Below are positions 11,913 to 24,702 of a DNA stretch of 64,000 bases, piece by piece. Position 1 is the first letter of the stretch. Every line of letters begins with the position of its first letter. The translations under genes were made by a program, and so were the position numbers. The stretch is from Aplysia californica. Its lineage: Eukaryota. The notes under the pieces were generated by a model that saw nothing but the letters and a program-made list of their open reading frames with translations, ran no database searches and was not told where the DNA came from. The stretch lies in NCBI RefSeq assembly GCF_000002075.1, contig NW_004797413.1, positions 890,549 to 954,548 on the forward strand. The letters run 5' to 3'.

Positions 11913-13003
11913 TTTGTCCTGTTAATTAAAATGTAATAATGTAATGAAAAGTTAAAGATAATGAGTTGACTGAGTTGATGTCTAGATTTCTAGATCTAGA
12001 ATCTAGGTCCCGACTTTTGTAACAGATAACCCAGAGTAAATCTAGAATCTAGTTTTGACCCCAACGACGATTACTTCTGGTTCTAAGTCTAGTCTAAACT
12101 CTAAACAATTACTTTTTGATTTGCGTGCCGGAGAGATAGCCTTTCAAACTTAATTGCAAAACATCATATCGTGGTCAAATTCAGAGGGGCATGCCCCCCT
12201 GAAACACCCCATGTTTTGTTTTGTTTTTAAGACAGGGGGGCAACCCCCCTTGCCTTATGAAAAACAAGTGAAATTTTACTGCTCATTTTGTAGGCTAGAT
12301 TTAGATCTAGATTATCTAGATTTAGATCTAGGCTGCTGATAAAACATAAAACATTGGGCGCTTTTTCAGTAGTTCCCACCCCGCAATTGTTATTCGCGGG
12401 TTTTGGCCCCAAGAGTAGGGGGGTTTCAGGGGGCTCAGCCCCCTGACCCAATAAGATGGGGGGGGGTTTCAGGGGGGCATGCCCCCCTGAATTTTACCAT
12501 AATTTGATGTTTTGCAGTAGTCAGTAGTTAGGTGTGATAGCTCACCGCGCATCGAACGTATAGATCTCGTTGTAGATCTAGGCTCAAATAAGGGGGGGTG
12601 GGAACTACCGAAAAAACACCAAACATTGATACCGACTATTTAAATCAGTATCGATATTTCAGTTGCAAAAGTCGGGACCACCATATCCAAGTAGTGCCCT
12701 TGTCAGTTGTTATAGTGCACAAAGCGCAGAGAGCCTGCTGTAAAGCGGGGATATGCGCTATACAAATGCTATATTTATTATTATTATTATTATATTAAAA
12801 AGCACCAAAAAAAATTCTTTTAATAGATAGTGAATTGGCAGGGTTGTTTTTTTTAGTGTAACAGAGAATCCATTATTGTTGTACATACTTTGTAACAGTT
12901 TCCTCTTCATAACTCCCCCTTTCGGACATTTTGCAGGATAAATCTTCTGAACTTTGAGAATCTATAGGGGACCTGCCTGTATCAACACTGAATGATCTTT
13001 GAA

Positions 13004-16000
13004 ATGGGAATACTTTCCACTCGTAAAGGTAGGTTTGTTGTTTAGCAGCGTTTATGCTAATACCATTGTTGTTATTACCGTAGGTAAGTTTCTTGTTCAC
13101 AGGCTTGTTCTTGTACTAACTCCATCATTATTAAATAGTTTTCTCTGAATGACTATTTTTATTTTAGTTTTTCCAAAAAATCCAGACTAGTTACTGTGTT
13201 TTTAAGTTGAAATCTCTTTGGTACCTGAGAATGAGACCCATCACTAATCTTTGATCTCTCTTTGTTTTAAAATTTAAAGTCTTTAAAGGGTCTGTTAGGT
13301 TTTTGTTGGTTGTGCCTGATACAAATTTTTCCCCAGTGGTGCATGGTAAACCTATAAATTAGCTGTGAAGATATCTGCCCATACTAGCATGGAGTGAATT
13401 ACAATCTTTGTTCTCAACAGTTACCTTAGCTTTCTGTGATTTAGGGATGTTTATCTTGAAAATTTGGTCCTTTATTTCAAGTTGACATCAATGCTGAACA
13501 ATGTTCTTTATCTGGACTGTAGTGCAACCTTTAGAGTGCAATATTATTTTGTTTAGACTTATGAATATTTTGATATTCATATTATATAGTCTGCACACAC
13601 ACAGAAAAACATGCATTGCGAACAAATTTTTCTGGGCCCAAGTTTTTTTTTCTTTAAATGCAAGTGTATTTTCTTTGTTACGCAATGGTGAAATTCATAC
13701 ATAGGACTACTGAAAATATTTTTGCATCCTCCTGCTGATTTCACTAGGCTTGCTAGACTGAGATATCTATTCTTGTTGCATATATATGTATATTGCACAT
13801 GTCATTAGTATGTTATATTTCTATTTTCCATATTCTTGATTTTTGCCATATTCTCCTCCTCAGTGGGCTTCTTGCTCGCTTTCGTCTGGATCGGTACGCT
13901 GTGCTACATTTGGCTTCCTGACAATTTGCCCGACTTTTTGCAGCATAGCACAAAGTCTACGCCAAGATCAGGTATAAGCTTGTAATCATTGTTGTCTTAA
14001 CAGAAAAATTGTGCTTACTACTGCCAAGTCACATAGTGAACATAATAATGACAAAAGTTTTGTGACCAGGATATGGTGGCTGGAAAGAAACATAATTTTT
14101 GTGTTGTTCCCATTCTGAGTCTTTCTAGTCTTCATTTTTTAAAGGAAGGTGTCACCAAGATTTTAACATGTGAATGGTAATTGCAGCATGGTCCGTTAAA
14201 TTTCCACTGTGTAGGAAATACCTGATCAGTTTTTTTCTTTTAAGAAACTGAGGTCTTCTTGGGATGGGTGTTCTGGCCAGAGGTACCATTGGTTTTTATG
14301 AATGTTGATAGATGAGCTGAGGGAACATAGTAAGATTTAGTGGAGTTTTCACATTTATCGAATTATAACTCCATTATTTATATTATAAAACAGTGAAAGG
14401 TTTTTGCCTTTCCTTGACGACTTGAAGCGTGAACAATGATTGTCTTTTCTGTGCTCATCGCTGATTTTGTTGGACAATAAGTGTTACATAACTAGCTGTG
14501 TATAATATGTTGTGCTTTTCAAATTTTTACTGATGAAAGTATTGAGACTATAGATAATTTATAACATGTGTCATGCCTTTGTCTACATGCTGTTTGTCTT
14601 TTCACAGACAAAGTTGATTTACTTTCGTCTCTGAGATACAAAAATGCATCGGCAAATTCAAAGGAAGTCATTCATGTGTGCATCACTTCGGATAAGAATA
14701 CTGTTGGTAAGTTTTGATTCCAAATAAAATGATTGAATCATTATTCTTATATTTGGACTAAAAATGAACACATCTTCAAAATATTGGCTATACACTTTGA
14801 ATCCTAATTCTTTGGGCTGCAAACAACCCAAACTGTGGGCTCCACAGCCAAAATACATAAAAGATCGAGAAAAATAACAGCTATTTGTTTGTTCTCTTTT
14901 AACCTACAAGTTATGAAATTCTGTTCCTTTAATGCCGATGGTTTTATGGTTAAAGTTCCAAGGCCTCTATAAAAGTGCTAACCGATGAGAATTTCTTCCA
15001 CTTTCAATTTTACCTCATACCCATGCAATGGGCTATGTCAGACAATGTTCAATTGAATTGTTGCTGTATAAGAAATATACTAGGCCATTTAGACGGTGTA
15101 ATGCTAGATGCGCAATTTTTTATTTTAGAAAAATGGCTTGATATTTCACGATTTTGTCACTGAAATACATTATATTTGACAACATAATGATCACAGAAAT
15201 CTCTTCTGTAAAATGAAAAGCTTCTTTTAATGCTGATTGCTTCTTGAAATGTCACTAGTCTAGAAAAATCTTTCAGGTGGCATGGTGGCATTGATGAACA
15301 GTATTGTCTCCAACACAAAGTCGCGTGTCAAGTTCCACTTGGTTGTAGACGAAGAAAGCATGGACCATTTGAGGTATGAAAGGAGAGAGACACAGTGTCC
15401 TTAACCTCTGCCTTTTTAAACTAATTATTGATCTTTTAAGTTGAAAAGTTTCTTCTCTGATTTACTATTGAATATAGTCGAAATTACCCAAGACAGCCAC
15501 CAATTGTCAGGAGAATAGTGGTTGTCGTAGACAGGTGAACAGGTCAAGAATATAGAAAAAACACCACAGGGAAGTTGGAAGTGGTTTTTGTACCGGTGAT
15601 CATCTCGGACAGGTGGCTATTTCAGCAGAGTTGACTGTAACTGTGAACTTTTTGGCTTCATTAAATTTGAATTTTATAATAGCATTGACGGCTTCCCAGC
15701 AAAAGCGGAGTTATTCTTTTATCATGAGCAACTGTGATATTTCTGTTACCTGCAATGCGTGGTGTTTGTTTTAGGGGTATTATTGGGCCTTGCACATTAA
15801 TGTGGACTCTCCAAGACATTTTTTCATTTCAAAATTCTCGACGAGTGCCTGGCCATCTACTTAGAAGTTAAAATGTTTTTAGAGATAACTTTTGATTCTC
15901 TTTGAGAAACCTAAGATTAGTACTTTGAAATGTTTTCGTAAAGTGTTTATTGCCATGATAAAACGATGATAAAAAAAGTTATAATTTTTTAAAGAGAACT

Positions 16001-19000
16001 TACTTTTTCGATAACTGGACCGTCAAAAAACACCATTGATGCATGCTGTGATTATAAGTTTTGTCTTTGATCTTTCAGCATTTGGCTCATGACATCCAAG
16101 TTGAAGAATGCGAGTTTTGAGCTGAAAGCTTTCCCACCCCAGTGGGTGGAGGGGAAAATTCTCCTCCGAGGCGGAAGGAAAGAACTCGGCAGTCCTGTGA
16201 GTGGATTAAAAAAATGTCTCTCTTTTTGCTTTCCTTTTATTCCCAAAAAAAATTTCCAGTAAAAATAAAGTATGAGTTGCTGCAGTAATATTAATTAATA
16301 ATAGTTTGTCCATCAATGTCTAATAATAATAAATAATAATGATAATAAATAGCATTTGTATAGTGCATATCCCTGCTCAACAGCAAGCTCTATGCGCTTT
16401 ACACTATATTATTACCCCAGCAGACCATAGAACACTCGGAAACATTCTCAGCTTCCCGGGAAGCATACAGTGCAAGCAGCTGATTAAGCGCTCAAACGCT
16501 AACAAACTGACAAGATCTTTCGCTGTTTATAGCCGGGTACCCATTCCCACCTGGGTGAAGTGAGGAAAATTTGTGTAAAGTGCCTTTCCCAAGGACACAA
16601 TGTCGGGCCCCTGACGGGATTCGAACCCTCAACCTTACGGTGGCGAGTCCGAGAGCCTATCCGCTAGGCCACCGACGCCACATTAATGATCAATGCATCT
16701 GTAGAGAAGAAAATTCCTGAAATGAAATAGAAAAGATGAGGACTAAGATGACATGTGGTTTCTGCTATGACCAATTAGATCTATTCTAGCAGAGAAGAGT
16801 TTGCCACATTTTGAACATTTAAGGGGAGGAGCGACCCTTGATTTTGCAGATTTTGGGTCAGGCTATGCAAATTTTATGTTTGGCTGATTTTTGAAGATCA
16901 ACCAGTTTTTGGTCTAAAAATAGCATGGACATATTGAGAAAGTCTCTAAACTCCTGGTAAATTGCCTTTGAAAACATGAGGATGGATTCGTATAGTGAAT
17001 TTTCACAATTATTGTTGTTTTTCGAAAAATGTATATTTTTTTGCAGTATTTTTATCAAATTTGTGTGACATGGATAGTTACAGCTGGAGACAGGGAGATA
17101 ATTCTAATGGAAAGAAAAATAGTTCAAGTTTCCTCTACTTTCCATATATGAAGAAATTCTAGACTTCATTCTGGACAACCTCAATTTAGCAAAAGAAGTC
17201 TGCTGGGTTTTTTTGGTGTTTTTTTGGTGATAAGTTGGCGAAAAATTTCATTAATATTTGCTCTTTTTAAGAAATGGTATGTAAGTAAAAAATTAAAACT
17301 TCCTCCTGTTATGTCTTATTTCGGCTGAACTAAATATCTCCTGTTATGTCTTATTTCAGCTAAACTATCTCCTGTTATGTAATGTCTTATTTCAGCTGAA
17401 CTATCTCCTATTATGTAATGTCTTATTTCAGCTAAACTATCTCCTGTTATGCAATGTCTTATTTCAGCTAAACTATCTCCTGTTATGTAATGTCTTATTT
17501 CAGCTAAACTATCTCCTGTTATGTAATGTCTTGTTTCAGCTAAACTATCTCCTGTTATTTAATGTCTTATTTCAGCTGATCCTTCTCTTGTAATGTCTTA
17601 TTTCAGCTAAACTATCTCTTATTATGTAATGTCTTATTTCAGCTGAACTAAATATCTCCTGTATTGTCTTATTTCAGCTGAACTATGCGCGTTATTATCT
17701 GCCTCGACTGTTTCCCAAACTGAAAGAGAGGATAATTTTTCTTGACGACGACTGCATTGTTCAAGGTACGCAAACATGTCAGTGGGTGGTTGGCGGTTGC
17801 TCTGGTGTGGTTTGCTCCTTCTTTCGTCCTTATCTCCCCTACTTCTTTTTTGTGTTTGTTACTCTCTTGTAACACCTCTAATCTTCAGCACTTATATGAC
17901 CTTATTGTGCTGCAAGTGCCGTAAAACTCTTACTAAAACTAAAAACTAAGCAAACATGTCATGATATTTTTGTTATTTTCCTTTGCTTCAATTTATAAAT
18001 TTTGTAGCTAGCAGAAAAAAATGGTATATTTTAAAATTAAAGTATAGTTTATAAATAAAGGTAACGTTGAAAGATAAAAACAAGTTTAAAATATAGCTGC
18101 AGTTTTTGACTTTATAAAGAGAGCTATAGTTTGTGGATAAAACTAGAGTTTTAAGCTGCAGTTTATAAAGAAAATTACAGTTTATAGATACCGTTTGTGG
18201 ATAAGACTAGAGTTTATAAAAAGAGCCACTGCTTATGAATAAAGCTACAGTTTATTTATAAAACTAGAGTGTTGATCTGTGGTGTAGCGGTTAGGCGTCG
18301 GCTGTGGCACACAGCAGATCCGAGTACCTCAATCTTTCTGTTGGGGCATTGTTGTATCTCTCTCAGCCTGGGTTGGCCATGAGAGTCAGGATTGAAGCCC
18401 GCTTCTTTAATGATCTAAACTGTCCCCGTAGTTTTATACAAAAATAATTATGAAATTATGCAAACTGAACCCAAAAATGTGAAATTATGCGATTCTGTTA
18501 ATTTTAACAGGGAATGATAAAGGAAAATAAAAAGAAATTATGCAAAAAAAACGATCACATTTTGCTAAATTATGCGGGGTGCATAAAACCACGGGGACAG
18601 TCCAAATAGCATTAATGTGTGTGTAAAAACACCTACTTTAAAAAGAAATTCTAAATTAGAATTTATGTAAGAAGTTGGGTAGAATAAAGGGGTAGAGTAA
18701 AGTTTTGGCTTGATTCTTATATCTGTCCCCTTCGTTTTATGCAAAAAAAATTATGAAATTATGCAAACTGGGCCCAAAAATGTGAAATTATGCGATTCTG
18801 TTAATTTTAAAAAGAATGATAAAGGAAAATATTAAGAAATTATGCAAAAAAAACGATCACATTTTGCTAAATTATGCGGGGTGCATAAAACCACGGGGAC
18901 AGTCTATAAATAGCATTAATGTGTGTGTAAAAACACCTACATTAAAAAGAAATTCTAAATTAGAATTTATGTAAGAAGTTGGGTAGAGTAAAGGGATAAA

Positions 19001-22000
19001 ATAAAGTTTCAGCTTGATTCTTGTATGATGCACATAATATGGTAAAAAATCTATTCCTTTTCTTTTTCTCTCTCTCTCTCTCTACCAGGAGACATCAGAG
19101 AGCTGTACAACACGCCCTTCAAGAAAGGCCACATAGCGGCTTTCTCCGAGGATTGTATCGGGGTCAACAAACGCCTCAGTCGACTCACTGTGAGTGCTTG
19201 TAGTCTTGTGGAACTCGCCTCATCCTTCCACTTCTCCTTCTCCTCCTTCTCCTACGCTTTCTACTTCTTCTCCTCCTCCTCCTCCTCCTCCTCCTCTTTT
19301 GCCTCTTCCTTNNNNNNNNNNNNNNNNNNNNNNNNNNNNNNNNNNNNNNNNNNNNNNNNNNNNNNNNNNNNNNNNNNNNNNNNNNNNNNNNNNNNNNNNN
19401 NNNNNNNNNNNNNNNNNNNNNNNNNNNNNNNNNNNNNNNNNNNNNNNNNNNNNNNNNNNNNNNNNNNNTGACCAGATTTCGGAGTTTTGCCTTTAAACAA
19501 CCTATTTCCCCCTCTTCTTCTAATACAGCTGTACCTGCTATAGTGGGGCCACCTGTTCAACACAATCATCTGTAAAAATCACCATTTCTCAGTTGCTTCC
19601 TTTTGAACTCTTTGAACACCATCGGATGCTGGGAGCGTCTGGTGGTAATAACCCTGTTCCCCATCGGATGCTGGGACGGTCCAGTACTAGTGACAACTGT
19701 TTCGTTTTATTTAGTGCTAGCTTTTGCTTATTTTTCAGAACTATTCCCGAACCAAGTTTTTTTTGTAATGACTAAGACTTTGTTTTCGCTATCTAGAAGT
19801 TTAGAGGCAAGCTTTTGGGGTTATAATGAGACATAGTGCACTAGGTGCAGGTGACTGTAGAAAAAAACTTCGGGAAACGGGGGAAAAACCTCAGGGCTTA
19901 AAGAGTTAAAAGCCCTGAGGTTGGGTTTTTTTTTGGTCGAGTATCTCTGTCCGTCTGCTGGGACATTGTATATCTCTCGGCCCAGCTTAGTCCTGACAGG
20001 CATAGTTAAAGCAACCTGCCTCTTAACCTTTTGAGCCCTGGCCACCGCTACACACAGTGTTTACATCATAGGGCATTACTGATTTTTTAAATTAACTTTC
20101 TGAATTAAATGCTAGTAAAGACAAGGACTACCCTTAGTGGGATATGAATATGATTCTGACGATTATATAAATGTGAGACTTACAAAAGTGTGAATCGCTC
20201 AGGAGCTCAGGCAGAGGGGTACAGTAGCCACAGGAGGTCAGAGTTCAAAGGGTTAAATTACCTTAATTTTGTTGATGGGGGTGTCAAATACGTTCAATTA
20301 CAATTTTTCTCATGTCTGCTCTTGTTTGCACAGAATGTGTATGCAGAGTATCTGGACTTCAAGAATCCCCACATCAAGGAGATGAAGATGAAGGCGACGG
20401 CGTGTTCGTTCAACACGGGTGTGTTTGTGACGGACCTGAGGGAGTGGGACAAGCTCAACATCACGGCACAGCTAGAGTACTGGATGGAGCTCAACACTAA
20501 GTAAGGACAGAGATTGGTAGAAGGATGGAAACTGAGATATATAAACAAAGATCTGAGCAAAGATAGAAACAAAGATATAACAACATTCTGAGAAAAAAAA
20601 TAGAAACTAAGATACAGAACAAAGTTCTGAGTAAAGGTAGAAACAAAGATTGAAACAAAGATGCATTACAAAGATATGAACGAAGACAGAAACAAAGAAA
20701 TAACAAAGTTCTGAGCAAAGGTATAAACAAAGATCTGGACTGAATTAAAATCTGAACAATTTCTAAGCAAACATTTGATTAAAGATATTTTTGTGATCTG
20801 TAGTGACTGTAAGATGTTGTGGTGATGTGGAGTGACTGTTGTTGTGGTGTGCTCTCGTGACGTGATGAGTACTGACTATCATTATGACGCGTACACATTT
20901 ATACTGTGATGGACTCACTTTGTGCCTTTAACACACACTCACACACACACACACACACACACGCACGCACACACACACAGGTGGAAGTATATTTCTGTTA
21001 TTCTCTCTCCCCAGGGAAGAGGTGTACGGCAACGAGAGAGGGGGTGGAGGGTCCCAGCCTCCCATGATGATTGTTTTCTACAACAAGTTCTCCGCCATTG
21101 ACCCCATGTGGCACGTGCGCTATCTGGGTAAGGCAGCTCATTTTTTTAGTAGAGGTTTTACGGCGCTCGAAACTGCATAAGGTCATATCAGGCGCCAGAA
21201 GATTAGAGGTGCTACAAGAGAGTAACAAACAAAGATTGGAGATGTTACATGAGAGTAAAAAACATAAAGATTGGAGGTGTTACATGAGAGTAAAAAACAT
21301 AAAGATTGGAGGTGTTACATGAGAGTAACAAACATAAAGATTAAAGGTGTTACATGAGAGTAACAAACATAAAGATTGGAGGTTTTACATGAGAGTAACA
21401 AACATAAAGATTAAAGGTGTTACATGAGAGTAACAAACATAAAGGCAGCTCAATATATAAGAATAAGTTCGCCATAAGCAGAAATGTAACAACTTGTCTT
21501 GAGATGGGTTTGTTTTACCCTTTTGTTTTAGTTTTAGTTTAGTAAGATTCTTTTGGCGCTCACATCTACATAAGGTCGTATGAGCATGCACTCTTGGTAG
21601 ATTCTTTGGGTGTCTTTTCGGGTGTCTACAAAGCATCCGTTTTAAAGAGTACAAAGTGGGTGGTTGGCGGGTGCTCTGGTGTGGTTTGCTTCTTCTTTCC
21701 TGTCAAACATCTATCGTCGTTATATCCCCTTCTTCTTTTTTATGTTTGTTACTCTCTTGTAAAACCTCTAATCTTCTGGCGCTCATATGACCTTATGCAG
21801 TTGCGAGTGCCGTAAAACCTTTACTAAAACTAAACTAAAAGAGTACAATTAATTTCGTCTCACTTTGTCTTTTCTTGCGTCAAATTTTGTGTTGTTATTT
21901 CCATCATCATATTTTGTGTCTTCTTGTTTTTTCTTATGCCAAGTTGAGTGTTTTGTCTCATCTTGTCTTTTGTCATGTCGATTCTTTTCTTATTTCGGTT

Positions 22001-22516
22001 TTGTAATGTGTTTGTCTTGTCTTATCTTTTTTCGCGCCAATTGGTCGCTTTCGAGCACAAGGGGGCTATCCCGAAAAATGCTGTTTTGAGAAAATCGAAG
22101 GTACAGTTTTTGCCCCTTGTTCAGTTTCTTTAAAAGACAAGTCGACTTTTCTTTATAACCAAACAAATATACACACCAACAATGAAACCAAACTTCTCCT
22201 ATAGGTAGGGCAATGCCCACATTTGGTGTAGGTCAAGATTTCTGGACATCCCCGAAATCTGGGTTAGCCCGCTTGTCCTTGAAAGCGACCAATTTGTGTA
22301 TAATCTCCATCGTCACGTTTTGCTTTGTTTCCATCCCTTCCCATAGGCTGGACATCCGGCACCAGCTACAGCAAGAAGTTTGTGGCCAAGGCCAAACTGT
22401 TGCACTGGAACGGGAAGTTCAAGCCGTGGGGTCGAGTCTCGCAGCACCACGACGTCTGGGACCGTTACTTCTTGCCTGACCCCGGCAATCGTTTCAAGCC
22501 CATGAGGAGGACATAA
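13004..22516 (+). CDS. GLT8D1: Glycosyltransferase family 8 domain-containing protein (GLT8D1/GLT8D2-like), 361 aa, 10 coding exons
   Basis: Exons: 13004-13028, 13864-13971, 14608-14706, 15277-15373, 16079-16196, 17678-17765, 19089-19189, 20334-20500, 21015-21127, 22347-22516. All introns GT-AG, phases consistent, total 1086 nt. The protein has an N-terminal signal anchor (MGILSTRKVGFLLAFVWIGTLCYIWL), LNYARYYLPRLFP, a DxD motif (IIFLDDDCIVQGDI), ACSFNTGVFV, QPPMMIVFY, IDPMWHVRYLG and LLHWNGKFKPW. These match vertebrate GLT8D1 motifs as I recall them. Confidence 0.93.
16322..16681 (-). mobile_element. Full-length tRNA-derived SINE (Deu/Nin-like central domain, (ATT)n tail)
   Basis: Reverse complement of 58302-58649. 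A box GTGGCCTAGCGG, B box GGTTCGAATCCC, core tgtgtccttgggaaaggcacttt...cacccaggtgggaatgggtacc, and an ATT-repeat tail. Confidence 0.85.
17303..17686. repeat. ~36-bp minisatellite (~11 units) built from the GLT8D1 exon-6 splice acceptor
   Basis: Unit tctcctgttatgtaatgtcttatttcAG|ctaaacta. The last unit supplies the real acceptor (ttatttcag|CTGAACTAT at 17678). Confidence 0.9.
18420..19025. repeat. ~303-bp tandem duplication, each unit containing a small TIR element
   Basis: Units start at ~18420 and ~18723. Each has ctgtcccc...cggggacag inverted ends over ~180 bp. Confidence 0.8.
21200..21443. repeat. 35-bp minisatellite (~7 units) inside a dispersed retroelement 3' end
   Basis: Unit aaagattggaggtgttacatgagagtaacaaacat. 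It is flanked by the family tail (minus strand) at 21147-21200. Confidence 0.85.
21655..21840 (+). mobile_element. Representative copy of an abundant ~180-bp retroelement 3'-end repeat
   Basis: gtgggtggttggcgggtgctctggtgtggtttgcttc...gttactctcttgtaa...ggcgctcatatgaccttatgcagttgcgagtgccgtaaaac...actaaaac. More than 12 copies, e.g. ~3367, 6978, 8503, 10700, 17782, 36085, 46992, 47591, 55435, 55686, 59248. The stem-loop plus short-repeat tail resembles a LINE (I/Nimb-like) 3' end. Confidence 0.8.
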
Positions 22517-23481
22517 GAGGTTCTTTCGCGGCGATCCCGATTGCTTCTTGGGGGAAGTTTTGTGGGAGTTTTTTTTTTGCCAAAGCTGTGGCGAATGATC
22601 TGTTATGTTCTACTATGAGGGTTAGATATGTTCTTGAGTCCCACTTACTTCTCTTGATAGAGTTAGCAAGGTCCAGTTGGTCTTCTAGTGTATAAAAGTA
22701 AATGGTTTGACATGTGTTGGATGTTATTTGTTGGTATTGGGTTTAAAGGTCTGGAGGGGGGGGGGGTTCTTGTCAGTGTACAAAGTCATCCGAACTCATT
22801 TTTCATAAAACATTTAGTCCATGCTAATTAAGTTCATAGGTTCTGTGGCTTTCATTTGGAATGGGTTGTCCCCTGGCTACAATATTGGTTTGATTGATTG
22901 TCACAATTAATGTGCATACTTAGTAAAGCAGGGGGAAAAAAGCTAAGAATTATTTCAAGAGGGAAAATGTAGAGAAACAATTTTTTCTCTTTCTAGAATA
23001 CTCAGAATTGTGTCCCTTTCTACAGCTTCGCTGTGCGACCAAGTGGTTTCAAAGTGCTCGATCTCTCTCTACTGTTATTGAGGGTTTTATTGTATTTTAA
23101 GCCAGTTCTAATCATGTCTTCATGAATTCTCGTTCTTTTGTAATATATTGTTTAGTGGTTGTGCTGGTTTGATGTGATAAATGTCATCATTTCATCCAGC
23201 AATACAGGGTCTGACAAACAATGAATATATATATATATATATATATATAACATTGCCATGGTTTTAGTTTAAGAAATGAGTGACTTTGTGTGACTCTGTT
23301 TTATTTTTAAGAAAGTGTGAGTTTAAAAAATCTGGATTATTTTCCTCTTTTTTTTTTTTCGACAACAGCTACATTTACAGTCATATTTTCTTTGATAACA
23401 ACAGAGTACCGTACAACGTGTTTTGCTATTTGAACGTGTGGAATATTATCATCAGACCTTTATCCCTCTCTATTATTCGAT

Positions 23482-23926
23482 TATATGTGAGGCAGCGTGG
23501 TGGAATCAGGCTCTCGTCAATTTTGGGGCATGTAGAGCAATTGGTATCATCTTAAAGCTTGTTCACTTGTCTCTATTTGGATGAAAAAAATATCCATTTA
23601 TCTAGAATAAAAGTTGAGATATTGCGAATGAAGGAGGTGGGGGTCACCTGTTGTCAGAGGTAAAATTAGAGAGAAAATGGCCGCCAAAGATTAATTATTT
23701 CCTAGCTTAAGAGTCCGTGGGAACTGAAAATTTAAATTTTTTGTACCTTTAATCAACGTTTTTCAGAAAAAATTCACACAGAAATGAGTTTTTTTAATGG
23801 GCACGAAAGGTGTTGAGCCAAAAAACAAAAATTCCATAAAAATTCACAAACCTGCGGAAAAATGCAAGTCTCTTCATTTTGATTATTTTGACGAGAGCCT
23901 GATTCCTCCACGCTGCCTCACATATA
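23482..23926. mobile_element. TA-flanked MITE with ~40-bp TIRs (Tc1/mariner-type target)
   Basis: tatatgtgaggcagcgtggtggaatcaggctctcgtcaa ... ttgacgagagcctgattcctccacgctgcctcacatata. Second copy at 4772-5178. Confidence 0.88.
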
Positions 23927-24615
23927 TTGATAATCATAGTTTGCATGTAGCTGTTTGCATGCTCAGTTATTGTTGTCTTTTTTTTGTCTTTTCTCTCTGT
24001 GTTCCAGAAAGAGCACTTGATGCTTTTGACTGTTAAAATGTTTTTGGGTTTTTAGATGACAGCGATGCCCTGAAGAAATTTTTTACACATGTACGCAGCA
24101 ATAGCTTCTTTACAACAAGTGAATATGAGCGCGACATTAAAATGTACAAAATCTTTTTCAGAGATTGGTATTGTAATTTTTGGTTGCTGTTTTTATTCTT
24201 GATTTCATTTTTGCGTCTTCAGTTTAATTTCATTCTCATTTTGGGATTTTTTTTTGGGGGGGGGGGGGAGGAGGAGAGGATATGAATGGCAGTTGGAGCT
24301 TACATCAAATTCCAGACTGGGTTTTTTTTACACTCTTTTTAGAATGATACTGAGTAATAAGTTGTTCATAATATAAGATTGCTCTAGAATAAATTGTCTT
24401 CAAAATCATAATCTTTTATTGGGAATATTCTCAGGAAAAAAGTCCTGTATCTTTTAACATAGTTTACTTCTATTCTAATGGCTTTTTATTCTTTCATTCT
24501 CTCTTACGCAAGTCGTGTACATAATAAATTCATAATAAAAGCATGGTATTCATATGTTAAATCTTATATCGAGTAGAAGATTAGAACAAGGCTACTGTAT
24601 TCACTTGTGGAGTTT

Positions 24616-24702
24616 TGGAGATGTGTGGTCATTGTATTCTCTTGGAGATGTGTGGTCATTGTATTCTCTTGGAGATGTGTGGTCATTGTATTCTCTTGGA
24701 GA
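24616..24702. repeat. 27-bp tandem repeat, 3 copies
   Basis: ttggagatgtgtggtcattgtattctc repeated. Confidence 0.9.

Noticed and set aside
13054-13089. Alternative GLT8D1 start or donor (ATG CTA ATA...TAG|gtaagt)
   Set aside because: This frame hits TAG before the donor; the 13004 ATG with donor 13028 gives the in-phase signal anchor.
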